NCBI RefSeq assembly: GCF_037042905.1
Contig: NC_087245.1
Coordinates: forward strand, 14,696,001-14,756,000
Direction: 5' to 3'
DNA length: 60,000 nucleotides
From: Lytechinus pictus
Taxonomy: Eukaryota
Both the position numbers and the translations under genes were made by a program. A model generated the notes under the pieces. It was not told the origin of the DNA. It did no database searches and saw only the letters and a program-made list of their open reading frames with translations. Shown piece by piece: positions 1-12,200 of this stretch (its first letter is position 1; each line of letters starts with the position of its first letter).

Positions 1-624
1 ATAATACTGCTCCAGTCATTGGTATTGAATAGGCCTATAGTAACTGGGATTTTAAACTGGTCTTAATTATACTGGAGTCTGTTACTGATGTTTTGGCTTA
101 GTGGTTGGTATCCAACTGAGTGAACTCAATTGGTCTTACTGGTAGTCCCTATTGGTCTTATCGGCTGTTCATTTGGTCTTCCTGGCGTAACAGGCGCCGG
201 GGGGGGGGGGGGGAGCTGCCCCGGCACTGGCGGATTTCACCGAGAAAAGGGCGAAAAGAGAAAAAGGTAAAATGAAGAAAAGAAAACGAGGAAAGAGGCC
301 GGGGTGGGAGGAATGGGAAAGGTGAAAAAGCAAAGGAAAATGACAACAATAAAGAAAGAAAGAATTAGAACATGCGAGAAAGTATAGGCCTTAACATGTC
401 TTTAGCAGGAGACTCAGTGGCATATGGACAAGAATGGTGGACAATGAGAGAAATCGACAAAAAGAGATACGAAATGAAGGTATATAGAGACAAAGGTTGA
501 ATTTGAAAATCAGAATATGAAGAAAAGGAACAAGAAAAAAGTCAATAACACGACAAAGCTGCCGCGGATTGAAAAAAACGAAGGGAAAGAAAGTGTATGA
601 AAGTGAGGTAAAACACGTGCTCAA

Positions 625-1507
625 CAGTGGCGTAACTACGGGGGGGCATGGGGGGCACGTGCCCCCCCCCCCATCGGCTGGCCAAAAAAAAAGAAGGGGG
701 AAAAGTAGAAAAAGAAGGAGAAAAAAAGGAGAGGCGTAGTAGAGGAAGAAGAAACTAGTGCATATTCTATTATATTAAGTTATATATATATATATATATA
801 TATTATATTATAATATATTATATTACATAAATATTTTTTTCATAACTCTAATTATGAAACATATTTTGCTAAGGGCCTATGACATTGTGTTCATCATTCC
901 TGTTGCTCGTAATTTTGTTTGATGAAATATATGTTGTACTAAAAAATTCAGTTTTCAAGTCAATATACACCATATACATGTATTTCCTTGCACTTCGAGT
1001 TATTGTTTTATGTAGTGACATGCTTCTCACTCATGACTACTTAAAAGAAACTGCCCCTTTTTTAAAGTCTGAATATAAAATATTCCCAGTTAGTGCTTAC
1101 GTTCGCATCAATGGACTGGTGAGATATGTCTGCTCTTCATGAATTCCTGAAAACAGTCCTTAAAATTTTCCCTTTACTGGTCTGAAAACTCTATCAGAAA
1201 TTTTCAGCTCGCGCTTCGCGCTCGCATAATTTAGTAAGTGAAATACGTATGGCCTTAGTGAATTTTTACAATCAAGCCTAAGAATGCCCCTCTTCAGGTC
1301 TGAATTTCAAAAATTTCAGCTCGCGCTTTGCGCTCGCATTATTTAATCAGTGAGATACATATCTGTTTAATGAAACAGTCCTTAAAATGCTTCTATTACG
1401 TCAGTACCTGGCAATTGAGCGCGCTTCGCCAGCCCAGTAAATGACTCAAAATTTTTGCTGGTGCCCCCCCCCCCCCCCCCAATGCCGTGACCCACGGTAC
1501 GCCACTG
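625..1507. mobile_element. Non-autonomous hAT-like DNA transposon (MITE) with internal ~115-bp degenerate tandem units
   Basis: TIR CAGTGGCGTA (625-634) / TACGCCACTG (1498-1507). 8-bp TSD GTGCTCAA (617-624) / GTACTCAA (1508-1515), one mismatch. G/C runs subterminally; internal repeats of TTTCAGCTCGCGCTTCGCGCTCGCAT. Confidence 0.8.
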
Positions 1508-1644
1508 GTACTCAACATCATCAGAGAATGACTGGAACTGGTCATGACCAATTGGGAATTCAATTTCAAACAAGAAATTTTATTAACCCGACCAGTTTAC
1601 TATAACATTTATCTGAAAAATATTATTCTTTTATCTCTTAACCA

Positions 1645-1835
1645 TAGTGATAATATATATAATGAAAATAATGACAATGATGATGATGATGATAATAATG
1701 AAATAATAATAATCATAATAACGATGATAATGAAATATTACTACTACAAATATTAATACTTACAACTATAATATTTAAAAACCACAATGATTTTAGCGAT
1801 AATGATAATAATAATAGTAAATAATAGTGATGATA
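1645..1835. repeat. Degenerate (AAT/GAT)n microsatellite
   Basis: Runs of gatgatgat and aataataat. Confidence 0.8.
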
Positions 1836-2715
1836 ATTTTATCTTTAAAAACCAGCAAGCGCTATATGATTACCGAGGTAGAGTGTACGTATCCTTTTCA
1901 TGAATTCAAATAAGGAGCAGATCGTATAATATCGAAAGCAATATCGATATCACATTCGTGATTGTTGACGCCCTCCCCGTTCGTTTGTAAATATTTCATA
2001 GTTTGGCTGCCATATTGACCATTTTTATCGTGTTCAACCCAATTAAACATCGGTAAAGTATCATTTTTTCATGCCTTTTCATCTATATCGTTTAAAGTAT
2101 TTTGTTAACAAAATATCCAGTTTTAAAAGTTTGTTGGTTATACATCCTTAGATTGTAAATTCGATGTGTAAAATTACATAAAACTTTGGACTGTGAATTG
2201 ACAAAAGGGTGGGAATGAGAACACATGCGAGCCCACACGTATACCCTACCGTCGGTTAATGGGGATTAAAGTAAAATGTCAGAAATTGTTGAATAAATCC
2301 CCAGAAACGACGGTTATTCCTGTCTACGCAGTCCGCAGATTGCAATATTTATGCACACAATTCGGCTCTTGTGCACTTTCGCACCTGGGGCCTGGGCTGG
2401 GCCGGGGGGCCATTTCATAAAGCAGTTTGTAAGTTAAAAGTGAGTTTAAGAAAGACCTTTCTTGTGGTAAAAGATTTTCACCATTAGACCTAGACATCTG
2501 GCAGCCGTGTGTTTCGAGGAGTAGGCCTAGCCTGGAGGCGTCTGGCAGTAGAGGCGCACGGCCAATATTATGGGAGACTCTCCAATACTCCAAAAAGAGT
2601 TCAATAGCCGAATAGGGGAGACAATCTCCCACATTGGAGACTTGCTTTGCAAAAGGACAAAAGAAACAACACCAACAAAAGCAGGATTTTTCCCACCCAA
2701 AATGTTGTCTCAGAA

Positions 2716-2766
2716 GGTGGTTTCAGACCGCCTCGAAGTTCGTCAGTTCCAGAATCCAGGTATTCT
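2716..2766 (+). mobile_element. Truncated end of the Harbinger-like MITE found intact at 14426-14894
   Basis: GGTGGTTTCAGACCGCCTCGAAGTTCG.CAGTTCCAG is nearly identical to 14426 onward. Confidence 0.75.
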
Positions 2767-3137
2767 TAGCCAGGCGGCTTCTAGTACTAAGTTCTAGTAG
2801 AGAGTAAAAATCATTTACTAACGTAAGGTTACTCTCAGTCTCATACGAAGCCAGGCCTTCTATCTCATAGACCCACACAAAGGAAGCCAAAACCTGAAAC
2901 TTTCACCCCCGAGATTTCTACTTTCCTTCTAAAAGATCTAGCTCTAAATCATGTACATGGGATAAAACTTCATTTCCGACATTTCTACGCTCTCGTTGTT
3001 ATTTTTAAAACAAGAATTCATCAAAAAAATGAAGAAATATTGTGAAAAGACGGAAGAGACTTGCCCGATGTTTACGCCGCCATCTTGTTTCTTATTGTAC
3101 TCCCCCAACATTACGCGACGCTCGCGTCCGTAACGCA

Positions 3138-4233
3138 AGTTTGGCGCATTTTTATAGTTGCATTTTTCTTCGGTGTGTGGGAGCCTATACAGTCCGACCT
3201 CTCTTATCCGGACACGTTGGGACCAGCACCAATCCGGATAAGGGATTTATCCGGATCTGGGAGACCCAATATTAAATACACGAAGCTACTGCCTCCCCGG
3301 CCCAACGGCGGTAGCTACATGTTATCTATTGTATTGGGCATACAGACAGTATTCACTGCAGTGTCAGTGCAAATTATAGGCGGTATTTTTTACGGAAATT
3401 ATATCGGTCGATGGCCAAAACTGTTGGATAATTTACCTGCTAAAATGATTGAGGTATACATCGAGCATACCACGAAAGAGAGAGACTCAATGAAAACTAA
3501 GTTTTACAATTAGATCATCGCAGCGGGTATCGCAGCTTCGCAATGTCGGCCATTGTTATACTGACTGTAGGCTCAAACATGATAGATGGCGCTGTCCGTA
3601 TTGAGGCCTAACGTTAGCTAGCGAGACATGCGTTGATTTTCCCGGGAAACAAAAAGAAAACGTGCTGAAATATTTGCGATGCGCCCTGATTTACTGTCTA
3701 AGTCCTTTCGGTGATTTGGGGAAGAATTTTTCATTAAAAATATTGTTGTTGTAGGTAGACTATATTGGAAAATATATGTAATCAAAGAGAGTTTGCGCAT
3801 AGGATTGAGTTTAGATTGAAATCTCATTTCCTCACATGATAGATTGGATTGAAAAAAAAAAATCTCGGCAAGAGTGCGTCCGGATAATAGAGAGATCCGG
3901 ATAAGGGGAGGCCGGATAAGAGAGGTCGGACTGTATGTACAAACGCCAGGCGTTCGGGGAGTGACCATACGTAGTTTATTACTTTCACTCCCCAGACGCC
4001 TCCAGGCTACAATGTAAGTAGGCCTAGACTGTAGACAGACCTACATGTGTGTATACATTTTTTTTTTATTTCTCCTGCGAAGTGCGAGTCCTGGTACCTA
4101 GCCTGGAGGCTTCTGGGGAGTAAAGTCATCTACTATACGTAGGATTACTCCCGCATGAAGCCTGGCGCGGCCGTATATAGTTATAGGCTTCCACACACCA
4201 AAGAAAAAGGCAACTATAAAAATGCGCCAAACT
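3138..4233. repeat. Inverted pair of a ~130-bp TAGCCTGG-type repeat (foldback); left arm interrupted by a Tc1/mariner MITE
   Basis: 3138-3189 plus 3934-4009 is the reverse complement of 4099-4233 (e.g. AGTTTGGCGCATTTTTATAGTTGC vs GCAACTATAAAAATGCGCCAAACT). Further copies at ~2529 and ~2767-2890. Confidence 0.75.
3190..3933. mobile_element. Tc1/mariner (pogo/Tigger-like) MITE
   Basis: TIR CAGTCCGACCTCTCTTATCCGG / CCGGATAAGAGAGGTCGGACTG, TA TSD on both sides, subterminal CCGGATAA repeats. Confidence 0.88.
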
Positions 4234-4369
4234 GCTAGTTATGTTTAGAATCTGAGGTTAACACTTCTGTACATTGGTAAAAATATCGGTTGGCAACGTT
4301 TGGCCAAAAATGGATAGTTATGGTTGCAAAATGCGATAAAATAATAAAAGTAGAAGAGAGTTTACTTAC

Positions 4370-4387
4370 ATCTGTTGACATCGCCAT
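4370..4387 (-). CDS. First coding exon (MAMSTD) of an unidentified divergently transcribed gene; the rest apparently lies left of the window
   Basis: Minus strand reads CCAAG ATG GCG ATG TCA ACA GAT|GTAAGT: strong Kozak/YY1 context and a consensus donor, in a CpG-rich region. No downstream exon found in 1-4363. Confidence 0.55.
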
Positions 4388-4651
4388 CTTGGATCCATTG
4401 TTATTGCAACCTAGACCTAGTTACGTGACGCGTATAGAGGGCGACAAAATCATGAGCGGTGCTAGATTAAAAAGTGCTAAAATGTCCCGCTTCAACTTCA
4501 ACTCGCCTCAACTGCTTCAACTCGCAAGTTGAAGCGACGAGTTCCGAACGCACGCACATCTACAAATGCAAAGCAGCGGCACAAATCGCGATATATACAT
4601 GTAGCGACTGGTAAATACGTCTGTAAGGATGATGACGTCATCCAAGATGGC
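4383..4651. promoter_or_regulatory. Putative bidirectional promoter
   Basis: CpG-rich relative to the introns. Inverted 12-mers GCCATCTTGGAT (4383-4394) and ATCCAAGATGGC (4640-4651), YY1-like. CRE TGACGTCA at 4633-4640; TTACGTGA at 4421. Outward-facing splice donors at 4369 (-) and 4735 (+). Confidence 0.6.
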
Positions 4652-4734
4652 AACTTACGTTGACCAACGAAAGGATCGAAATGACGATGTTTCGATCATC
4701 ATTTGAAAGGAATTAGCGGTAACTGCGGTCTAAG
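4600..4734 (+). other. CAMSAP: Putative non-coding first exon of CAMSAP (start approximate), containing a uORF
   Basis: AAG|GTATGA donor at 4734/4735 followed by T-rich intron-like sequence. ATG 4647 opens only a 19-codon ORF (MATYVDQRKDRNDDVSIII*). Confidence 0.5.
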
Positions 4735-5244
4735 GTATGATATTTCTGAATTTTATACATTTTTTCGTAAATATTCATGAATGTAATTTCTTTTTCATAA
4801 TGTGACATTTTATGTTAAAAAAATGATCGGAAAATCAGGTTTCCGCCGAAGGTTAGATCTAACGTTACTGCTAATACGTTGTCTGTACGTACGGGCCTCC
4901 AAGCTCTTCAGTCTATGTATTGGTGAGTGAGCCAACGCAGTTCAGCGGAAAAACCAAAATACAGAGACTGAAGCTTTTGGTCTAAGACATTACTCAAGTT
5001 CCACAGAATAAAAACGAAAGTTCAGTTGAAAGGTAGATATATATGTATAGTGTAAATAGTGCAAAATGTTGGGTGACATCAAAATTAAGAGACTTGCTGT
5101 TGTATTACAAATAAATTACAAATAAATACAAATAAATTACAAATGATAAAAATGTACAAGCCCACTTTGATTACACCACAGTGTATTTCAAAAGATTTTG
5201 CAACCTTCAATACATTCATTTCAAGTATGAAAATTGTGTTCCCT

Positions 5245-5376
5245 TGGCCTTTAAAGTTGCTAAAATCCAACAGCTTCAGGGGGCAGCGCGCCCCCTGAAC
5301 CCCCGCATGGGGCGCTGCCCCTGGACCCCCGGCCGGTGGTTGTCCTGATTTGGGTTTCCAAATGATGGCAGGTATG
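5245..5376. mobile_element. Terminal fragment of a DNA transposon with GGGGC..GCCCC hairpin motifs
   Basis: TTCAGGGGCAGCGCGCCCCCTGAA and GGGGCGCTGCCCC hairpins, ending TGGCAGGTATG. No partner TIR seen. Confidence 0.4.
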
Positions 5377-5674
5377 TAGACGCTGTAGTTAAGCAATAGT
5401 CGAACCTCCACCATTACAATCCCTATGGCAGACATCCGTCTGTGTAGGCGGACAAAAAAAGAATCAGAAAATGTAAAAAAAAAAAACCTCCAAAACAGTG
5501 GATTTATCAGTCTAGCCTTGCGCGTGGCTATTTTGCTATGGGTCCGCAGTTGCCCACAGAAGCGAATTCAAGTCTGATTTGCACGCAGAAAATGTTTGAA
5601 CATGCTCAAAACAGATTTGTGGGTGAACTCACCCACAAGACTTGCACGGAACGATGTGACAGAGCATTTAGTTA

Positions 5675-5950
5675 ATGAAATGTCATCATAACTTGGAAAG
5701 TATATGGACCTAGTTACGTTAAAGTATATGGACCTAGTTCATGAAACGGGGACATAAGGGTAATCAAGTATAACTGAACATCCTGTGCATGTTTCAGGTC
5801 ACATGAACAAGGTCAACGGTCATTTAAGGTCAATGAACTTTGGTCATATTAGGGGTATTAGTTGAATTGTCATAACTTTGAAAGTTAATGGATATAGTTC
5901 ATGAAATGTGGACAAAGGGGTAATCAAGTATCATTGATTATCTTGCACAA
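5675..5950 (+). mobile_element. Partial copy of the core tandem units of the Helentron-type element at 29424-30387
   Basis: CATAACTTGGAAAGTATATGGACCTAGTT...AGGTCACATGAACAAGGTCAACGGTCATTTAAGGTCAATGAACTTTGG matches the units at 29545-30300. Confidence 0.8.
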
Positions 5951-6235
5951 GGACAATCATCCTCTTGGACAAGTAACTGTAAGTACATATGTACAATCGT
6001 CCTCTTGGACAAACACCCCCAAGTACAATCACCCTCCAGAACAAGTATCCCTAAGGACAACCATCTTCTTGGACAAGTACCCCGGAAGGAAAATCACCCT
6101 CTAGAACAAGTACCCCCAAGGACAACCAACCTTTAGAACAAGTACCCTATGGGCAAAGATTCTGTCCTTTAGCCTTGGACAAGTATCCTGAAGATGGTCA
6201 ATCCCCATGCAACCACACCCTTGGACAACCACCTA
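5951..6235. repeat. Degenerate ~32-bp minisatellite (GGACAACCA.CCT.T.GGACAAGTACCCC)
   Basis: About 7-8 imperfect copies with recurrent GGACAA / GAACAAGTACC. Confidence 0.65.
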
Positions 6236-6733
6236 AAGGTGTAAATTACTCCTAGGCCATGGTCTATTGATTGATGTCAGTGCTTCTCTATTTGGCCGTA
6301 CTTATACATCTAGATATATTTTGTTTCCCCTCCTCCAGTTGTAATATAAAAATATGCCCCGTAAAAAGGTGGTTTTGCCCTAATATATCAAAATGTAAGG
6401 CCTGCCACTCGGAGGGCATGTACAACCGCACAACTACCCACAACCCACATTTACCCCCAGACAAATTACTAATACCCGATTAATATTTATGATTCTGTCT
6501 TGTTCTTGTCCCTTATTATTTCCAGATATGACTGACTTGACAGATGTAAGGAAACAGAAAAATCTCAGATGATGTTACCCAGAGATCATGCAAAGGACAT
6601 ACTCCTACTTGGACTATAAACAGAAACCCTCCAATCAGTCACAATCTCTCATACTTAATACTGACTTGTGATCAGATATTTAAGGTTTTCTTTCTCCTGT
6701 TTGAGCTGAAGATAAGGAGGGGAGGGGTTCAGC

Positions 6734-6784
6734 ATGGACTCCGTCCCAGAGGTCATACCGATGAGGAGTTATAATTTTAGGAAG
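6734..6784 (+). CDS. CAMSAP: CAMSAP/Patronin coding exon 1 (MDSVPEVIPMRSYNFRK); the exon begins at 6526 with 5'UTR
   Basis: Acceptor TTTCCAG|6526, in-frame stop TAA at 6713 upstream, AGCATGG context, donor AAG|GTGGGT. Resembles the CAMSAP N-terminal E(I/V)xPL..Y motif. Confidence 0.85.
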
Positions 6785-7163
6785 GTGGGTTCTTTTTCTT
6801 CATTTCAGGTACAGATTAACAAATATCTTGTAATTTTGATGTTTTTTTTAACATTTGTATTTAATGTGTATGGCAGACATATTGTCTGTTTTCACTCTAT
6901 ACATAACATGTGAATTTATATCATTAACCTTGCTTGATTTAACTACTACAACTGATACAAGGTTTTTTAATCATTTTATTTTGCAAGGAATATTCTTGAT
7001 TCATACAACTGTGCATTAAATGGCAACTTAATAACAGACTTGATGTGCACATTGGGTGAAACACCATGCCACCATGCCTAAATGGCCTTTGAAAGCATTG
7101 AATTAATATAAGCCCCCAACTTAATTGTATTCCTAATTATGATACTTTGATTTTCTACTCCAG

Positions 7164-7262
7164 GCCAAACTGAACTCCTCTGTGGCTTGGCTCCTTAGCA
7201 AGGCTTACAGTGATAGAGAAGAACCACCTGCAGATCTTCTTGATCCACTTTATCAAGACAAT
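7164..7262 (+). CDS. CAMSAP: CAMSAP coding exon 2 (AKLNSSVAWLLSKAYSDREEPPADLLDPLYQDN)
   Basis: CAG|...|GTAAGT, phase 0-0. Matches the conserved AK..A.L.W...KAY.....P.DL.DP.Y motif. Confidence 0.92.
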
Positions 7263-7289
7263 GTAAGTCAAATCGGATTTGAGATAAGG

Positions 7290-7790
7290 ATGTTGATGAT
7301 TACATGTATGTGATGATGAGGAGGATGAAGATGACATTGATGATGGTGATGCTATTGATGATGATGGTGATGATGATCATGATCATGATGGTAATGATGA
7401 TGATAATGATTATAATGATGATGATGATGGTGGTGGTGGTGGTGGTGCTGCTGCTGCTGCTGATGATGATGGCGATGATGATGATGATGATGATGGCGAT
7501 GATGATGATGATTATGATGATGATGATGATGATGATGATGATGGTGGTGGTGCTGCTGCTGCTGCTGATGATGATGATGGCGATGATGATGATGATGATG
7601 ATGATGTTGATAAAGTAGAGGATATGTTGTAATGGAATTGATTGGTGATGCCTAGCAATGGTGATTACAAAGGTAGTACAGTAGTTGAGATGATGATGAT
7701 GCTGCTTGATGCAGATTATGATGGTAGTGATGGAGATAATAATGGTTAGTTGTCATGGTGCTTTTGTTGCAATGGTGATGAATACTTAAC
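7290..7790. repeat. Compound trinucleotide microsatellite (GAT)n/(GGT)n/(GCT)n
   Basis: Long gatgatgat runs with ggt and gct blocks; an internal ~105-nt block is duplicated. Confidence 0.95.
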
Positions 7791-8094
7791 ATCAATTTTG
7801 TTGATGCTGCTATGACTAGTTTTGTGCTCCTTGAAGTGTGTACCGAGTAACGCACCCAAAAATGCGAAGATCGCTTCCCGAAGAATGGTTGTGGCTTCAC
7901 ATACGCTTAAACGAGCTTCATGATGCAAACTTGAAAAGCGTCTTGAAAACCACATAGCAAGCTGGTTCTCCAAACTGGTTTGCAAGACCAATATTGATTT
8001 CAAGACAGAGCACAAGCTTCTCATATTATGTTAATCTGGTTTCCACTAAATTGGTATCCACTTAATAGGAAGTAGATGAGAATTGGGTCCAAGC

Positions 8095-8240
8095 CACATT
8101 ATGAATGGGTACCAGGCAGGAGTAATTCCTTGCATGCACTGAGCGCCGGTGATGGTAGCCGGGGTAATAATAGCAGCACTTTGTATCCTCAGGCAAAAAT
8201 CACTTTATAAATCCAGCTATTATTTTTATTATTATTCATT
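8095..8240 (+). mobile_element. 3' fragment of a SINE/L2-like retroposon
   Basis: AATGGGTACC core and a tail CACTTTATAAATCCAGCTATTATTTTTATTATTATT, typical of SINE 3' ends. Confidence 0.4.
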
Positions 8241-9074
8241 AATACTAAAACATTTTTGTCGCCCAACCCTATTTTAATATTGGTCTGGACTGGTTTGGTT
8301 CAATAAGGCCTTGGCCTCTGAGGTCTGAAATCTTGAAGTACATGTAAAGTACATGGTCTTAGCCCTTAGTGGACTTAGCCCTTGCAGTCAAGGCTTACCT
8401 GGCATTGCGCCCAATCACTGACTTGATGTTCATGATGGTCATTGTCATGGATACAGGTTGTATGATTGAAGATGATGATGATGATTGATAAGAAGATGGT
8501 GAATATGGAGATGATCAATGCTCAAATGAATTTATGATGAATATTGAAAATGACAATGACAGTCTTTCATCATGATAATGCAAACCTTTTTTTTTTAAGT
8601 GTTAGTTGCTTTTGAAATTGGGTGTATAACTGAGAGACATATAGAAAGCAATGTGACCACTTTATAAAGGATTGTGTCTGAATTTTCAAGTAACATTAAT
8701 GTGATAATGTCTAATATTCTTTTTGCCTGTCTCGATCGAAGTTTCATATCTGTACATGTTAACCAATATGGTACTGATAAATGATAATGATTCAATATCT
8801 ACATGTAAGTGACATATTTACAATATTATGGTTTTGGTTTTGCTTTATTGAGGAAGTAGACAAACAGATGTCCCATACATATAGGGCTTTGTTTACAGGA
8901 TTGAAAAATGTGTGAATTTATAATGTAACATACCCTTCATTTTAGTTCATTTGTTTAAAGGGAAATTGAACTACTTGCTGTGTTCATAATACCTTTAATT
9001 AATTAAATAATAGATTGCACTCTCAGTCTCAGAAAGAAAATGGTTTTCCATTTTTTCATCTCATCGAATGTTAG

Positions 9075-9290
9075 GGTGAAGACCATGTCAAACCATCTGT
9101 CATCTACCAGCTTGCATCAGGGGAGCTGTACAGTCGAGTGTGTTCCAATATCTTTCCTCCTACCATCCATCCATGGGATGGACATGTAGCCATCATCCAA
9201 GGTTTCTCTAGGAGAGGAATCCATGTGGTGGATGATCGGAACCAGCCAGTCACAGAGTCTATACTCTCACAGACTCAGAAGATAAAACTG
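9075..9290 (+). CDS. CAMSAP: CAMSAP coding exon 3 (GEDHVKPSVIYQLASGELYSRVCSNIF...GFSRRGIHVVDDRNQPVTESILSQTQKIKL)
   Basis: TAG|...|GTGAGT, 72 codons, phase 0-0. Homologous to CAMSAP1 EHIKPPVI.LL.S.ELYCRVC...LSRKGIYV...PVTESDL. Confidence 0.93.
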
Positions 9291-12200
9291 GTGAGTTGAG
9301 GATTAATCTATGTAAATGTACAGTGTACCTAAATCTTTTGATCAACCATGCCATACATTTTGGGTTTATTTTTTGTGTGATTTGAATTCATTTATTTATT
9401 TATTGTAGGTATGGTAATTCATTTTTTTTCATTTCAGAAATTTATTTTCATTTACTCATTCATTTCTTCATATTTTTCTCTTTCATCATTGATCTATTAC
9501 TTTTATTATTATTTTTTTGGGGGAAAGGGGGCATGAGTGGTTGTTTACCTCTCAGTTGACTGGTTTGTATAAATACATGTACCTGTATTCATATTACATG
9601 TACATGTAGTTATTGCTGTACATTTCAGTCACGTATTACATGTATATGTATATCATCCTTTTCCCCTCCTTAGACTGACCATTTGGTCCATACCCCCTTA
9701 CCCCGTGCCTTATGAAACCCTGAAATGGGGGTTTAAGGAAGTGACTACAAGGGTAAAATACTGAGTCTTGGGAAATGAAAATATGGGGCAGTGTGAAAAA
9801 CAGGTCCATACTCTCTCTTTCTTTCTCTTTACCCCCCCCCCCCCTGTTTTTGTAATTTGAGAGATGATATTCTAAGGAAATGAGTTATCTAAATGCAAAT
9901 GGAAATGGATTAGATACATGTACATAATAGACATTTTTTTCAGTGATGCACAAACCCTCTTTTCTTTTGGAGCCTCTGGCTACATATATTAGCCCATGAT
10001 ACATAATCTATCCTGTCATTTCTTTAATTGTCTGGTTTCAAATACATGTAGTTGCTTGTTCACTTTTGTTAAATTTCTATTTTTTTAAGTAATTCGTACA
10101 AGGACATGAAATTTGATGCATGTTAGTGATGTTAACCTATTCTTTGGAATATGAATATGGAGGTTTCACATTTGCAAGGAAATACATATATGTGTCCATG
10201 ATTAACTCTAATTAGACCTACTGATTCAAAACATATTAACACAAAACATTTAAGAAACGGTCAGCTGACTTAGGCCTATATCTTAGGCCTATGTTCTGAA
10301 AGAATGAATTTGTATTCACTACATGTACTTGTATACATGTAATTTTGCTACACGTAGCATTACTGCATGTACTGTACACACACATGTGTAATTAGTTATG
10401 TTTCAAAGAAAACAATGGATGGGCGATTGGGCGTGAGTCTTTCTAAAAAGAGGCAGATGATTCTGTCCGCAGGAATTTTTTTATTAGTAACTGTGCCTAA
10501 ATTATCATCTGGCACAGCCAGCAGTGGGCTGCATAGTCAGTGCATTAGTACAAGTGTGAGAAAGAATAAAGTGAGTCATAGACGATGTGCACACACAGAC
10601 ATACATGTACACACAAGGGATACATGTATGTACAATGCATTCTATACATTGAAGGTAGCCTACTGTACATGTACGTTGGATTGCACATTCAGACTTGCCT
10701 TTGAACTCTAACAGTAAGGATTCTGTGGGGTGTAAGTGCATTTTGTGCAGCCTTGGTGCATACAAGACAGGTTGCAGCTCACAATTTTCACTGTCATTAC
10801 ATGGAAAGTGCATACATGTACATTTTTACGATTGTCCAACTTTGTTTGAATAGGGCACAAACAAAGTCCGTTATTCCATTGAACTACAGTGATTGGTTTT
10901 CTCCATTCCTTGATGACAGTGTATAATGAAGGCCTACATTTGTGCAAATTGGTTTAAGGCTTGATAAAAAAAAAAATGTATAGGTTGTAAATTTTATTGC
11001 TTGTAATTTGTATTTTGATAATGCATTACCTGCCTTTAATGTTTTCCAAATACACAGGGCTGGAACACTTTACCATAATCAATGTATAGAAAAAAACAGG
11101 CTTGAGTACATACATGTACATCATAACATGCCTGTACCTTCATAATAAGTTGTTTCCAGCTTCTTTCATTTCTAAGTTTTCTCCTGCAGGCTGTCATCCT
11201 ACCCCCCCCCCCCCCACCAATTCTGATAAAGATGCAAAGAAACCTGAATTTATTTTTTTCATTTGAATTTGAGATGGAAAAATAATGTTCGAAGAAGCTG
11301 GGAAGTCATACAATCACCCAGTATTGTTGTCTACATTGTTGAATATCAATTTTGTCTTACATGTATGTGGTACAAGAGTGTAAAGCTCTTTATATTGTCT
11401 ACTGGACCTTATTGAAATCTTTATCCCCTCCTGCTAGGCTTGGTACACATTTTGAATACAGAGAGGTGAATAGCCATTGATTTGTTTACTACCCAGGGGT
11501 CTGGTGGCAAGCCCCCTGCACAACAACTACATGTACATGCATCAGTATACAAATACATACGGTAGTCATCAGTTTGTCTTGTACAGTTATGTTGGTCAAC
11601 ATGACTGACATGTCTGTTTACTCCATGAACATTGTGCATCATTCAGTGCACATTACATTTCTTACTGTACGTGTACAGTACTTTTTTCTCAAATTGGTAT
11701 GGTTCACCCTATCGGCCTACGTGTTCATGGAGGCCTACAACATGCCTATTTTCCCCAATTGCAGTGATATTCATCCTTTTTTAAAGTATTCATTGTAATG
11801 GTGGGGGCCTTGCCAGATGTGTGGGTGAGACTTCACACATTGTGTATGCCAGACGAACAATTGTCATGACCTTCGGATATGCTTTCTTCCCCCAAATTGG
11901 TACATATTTGACACAGGTTGCATAAACATTTAACATCACCATGCATGTGTACAGACACAGTTGCAGCTTTCTGAGCTTTGTTCTTTTGTTTTGCTAATAT
12001 TTTCTACATTTTGTTCCATCTAGAATTGGTATTGTACATGCACATGTAAGGTCTTCAAAATAAATTTGTTGCGAAAATTTATTTGAAAAGAGATTTTGTT
12101 TTGTTTTGAGTAAACACCTTCATGTCCATGTGACACTAGATTTTTTCTTGTACATGTATATTACCCTAGCCCTACTGTAGGTCACAAAAACTTTTGACAC

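Noticed and set aside
3061..3513. 150-aa hydrophobic ORF
   Set aside because: Non-ATG start, crosses the junction between two repeats, and has no recognisable domain or transposase motif.
7304..7618. 104-aa poly-Met/Val/Leu ORF
   Set aside because: Translation of a (GAT/GGT/GCT)n microsatellite inside a CAMSAP intron.
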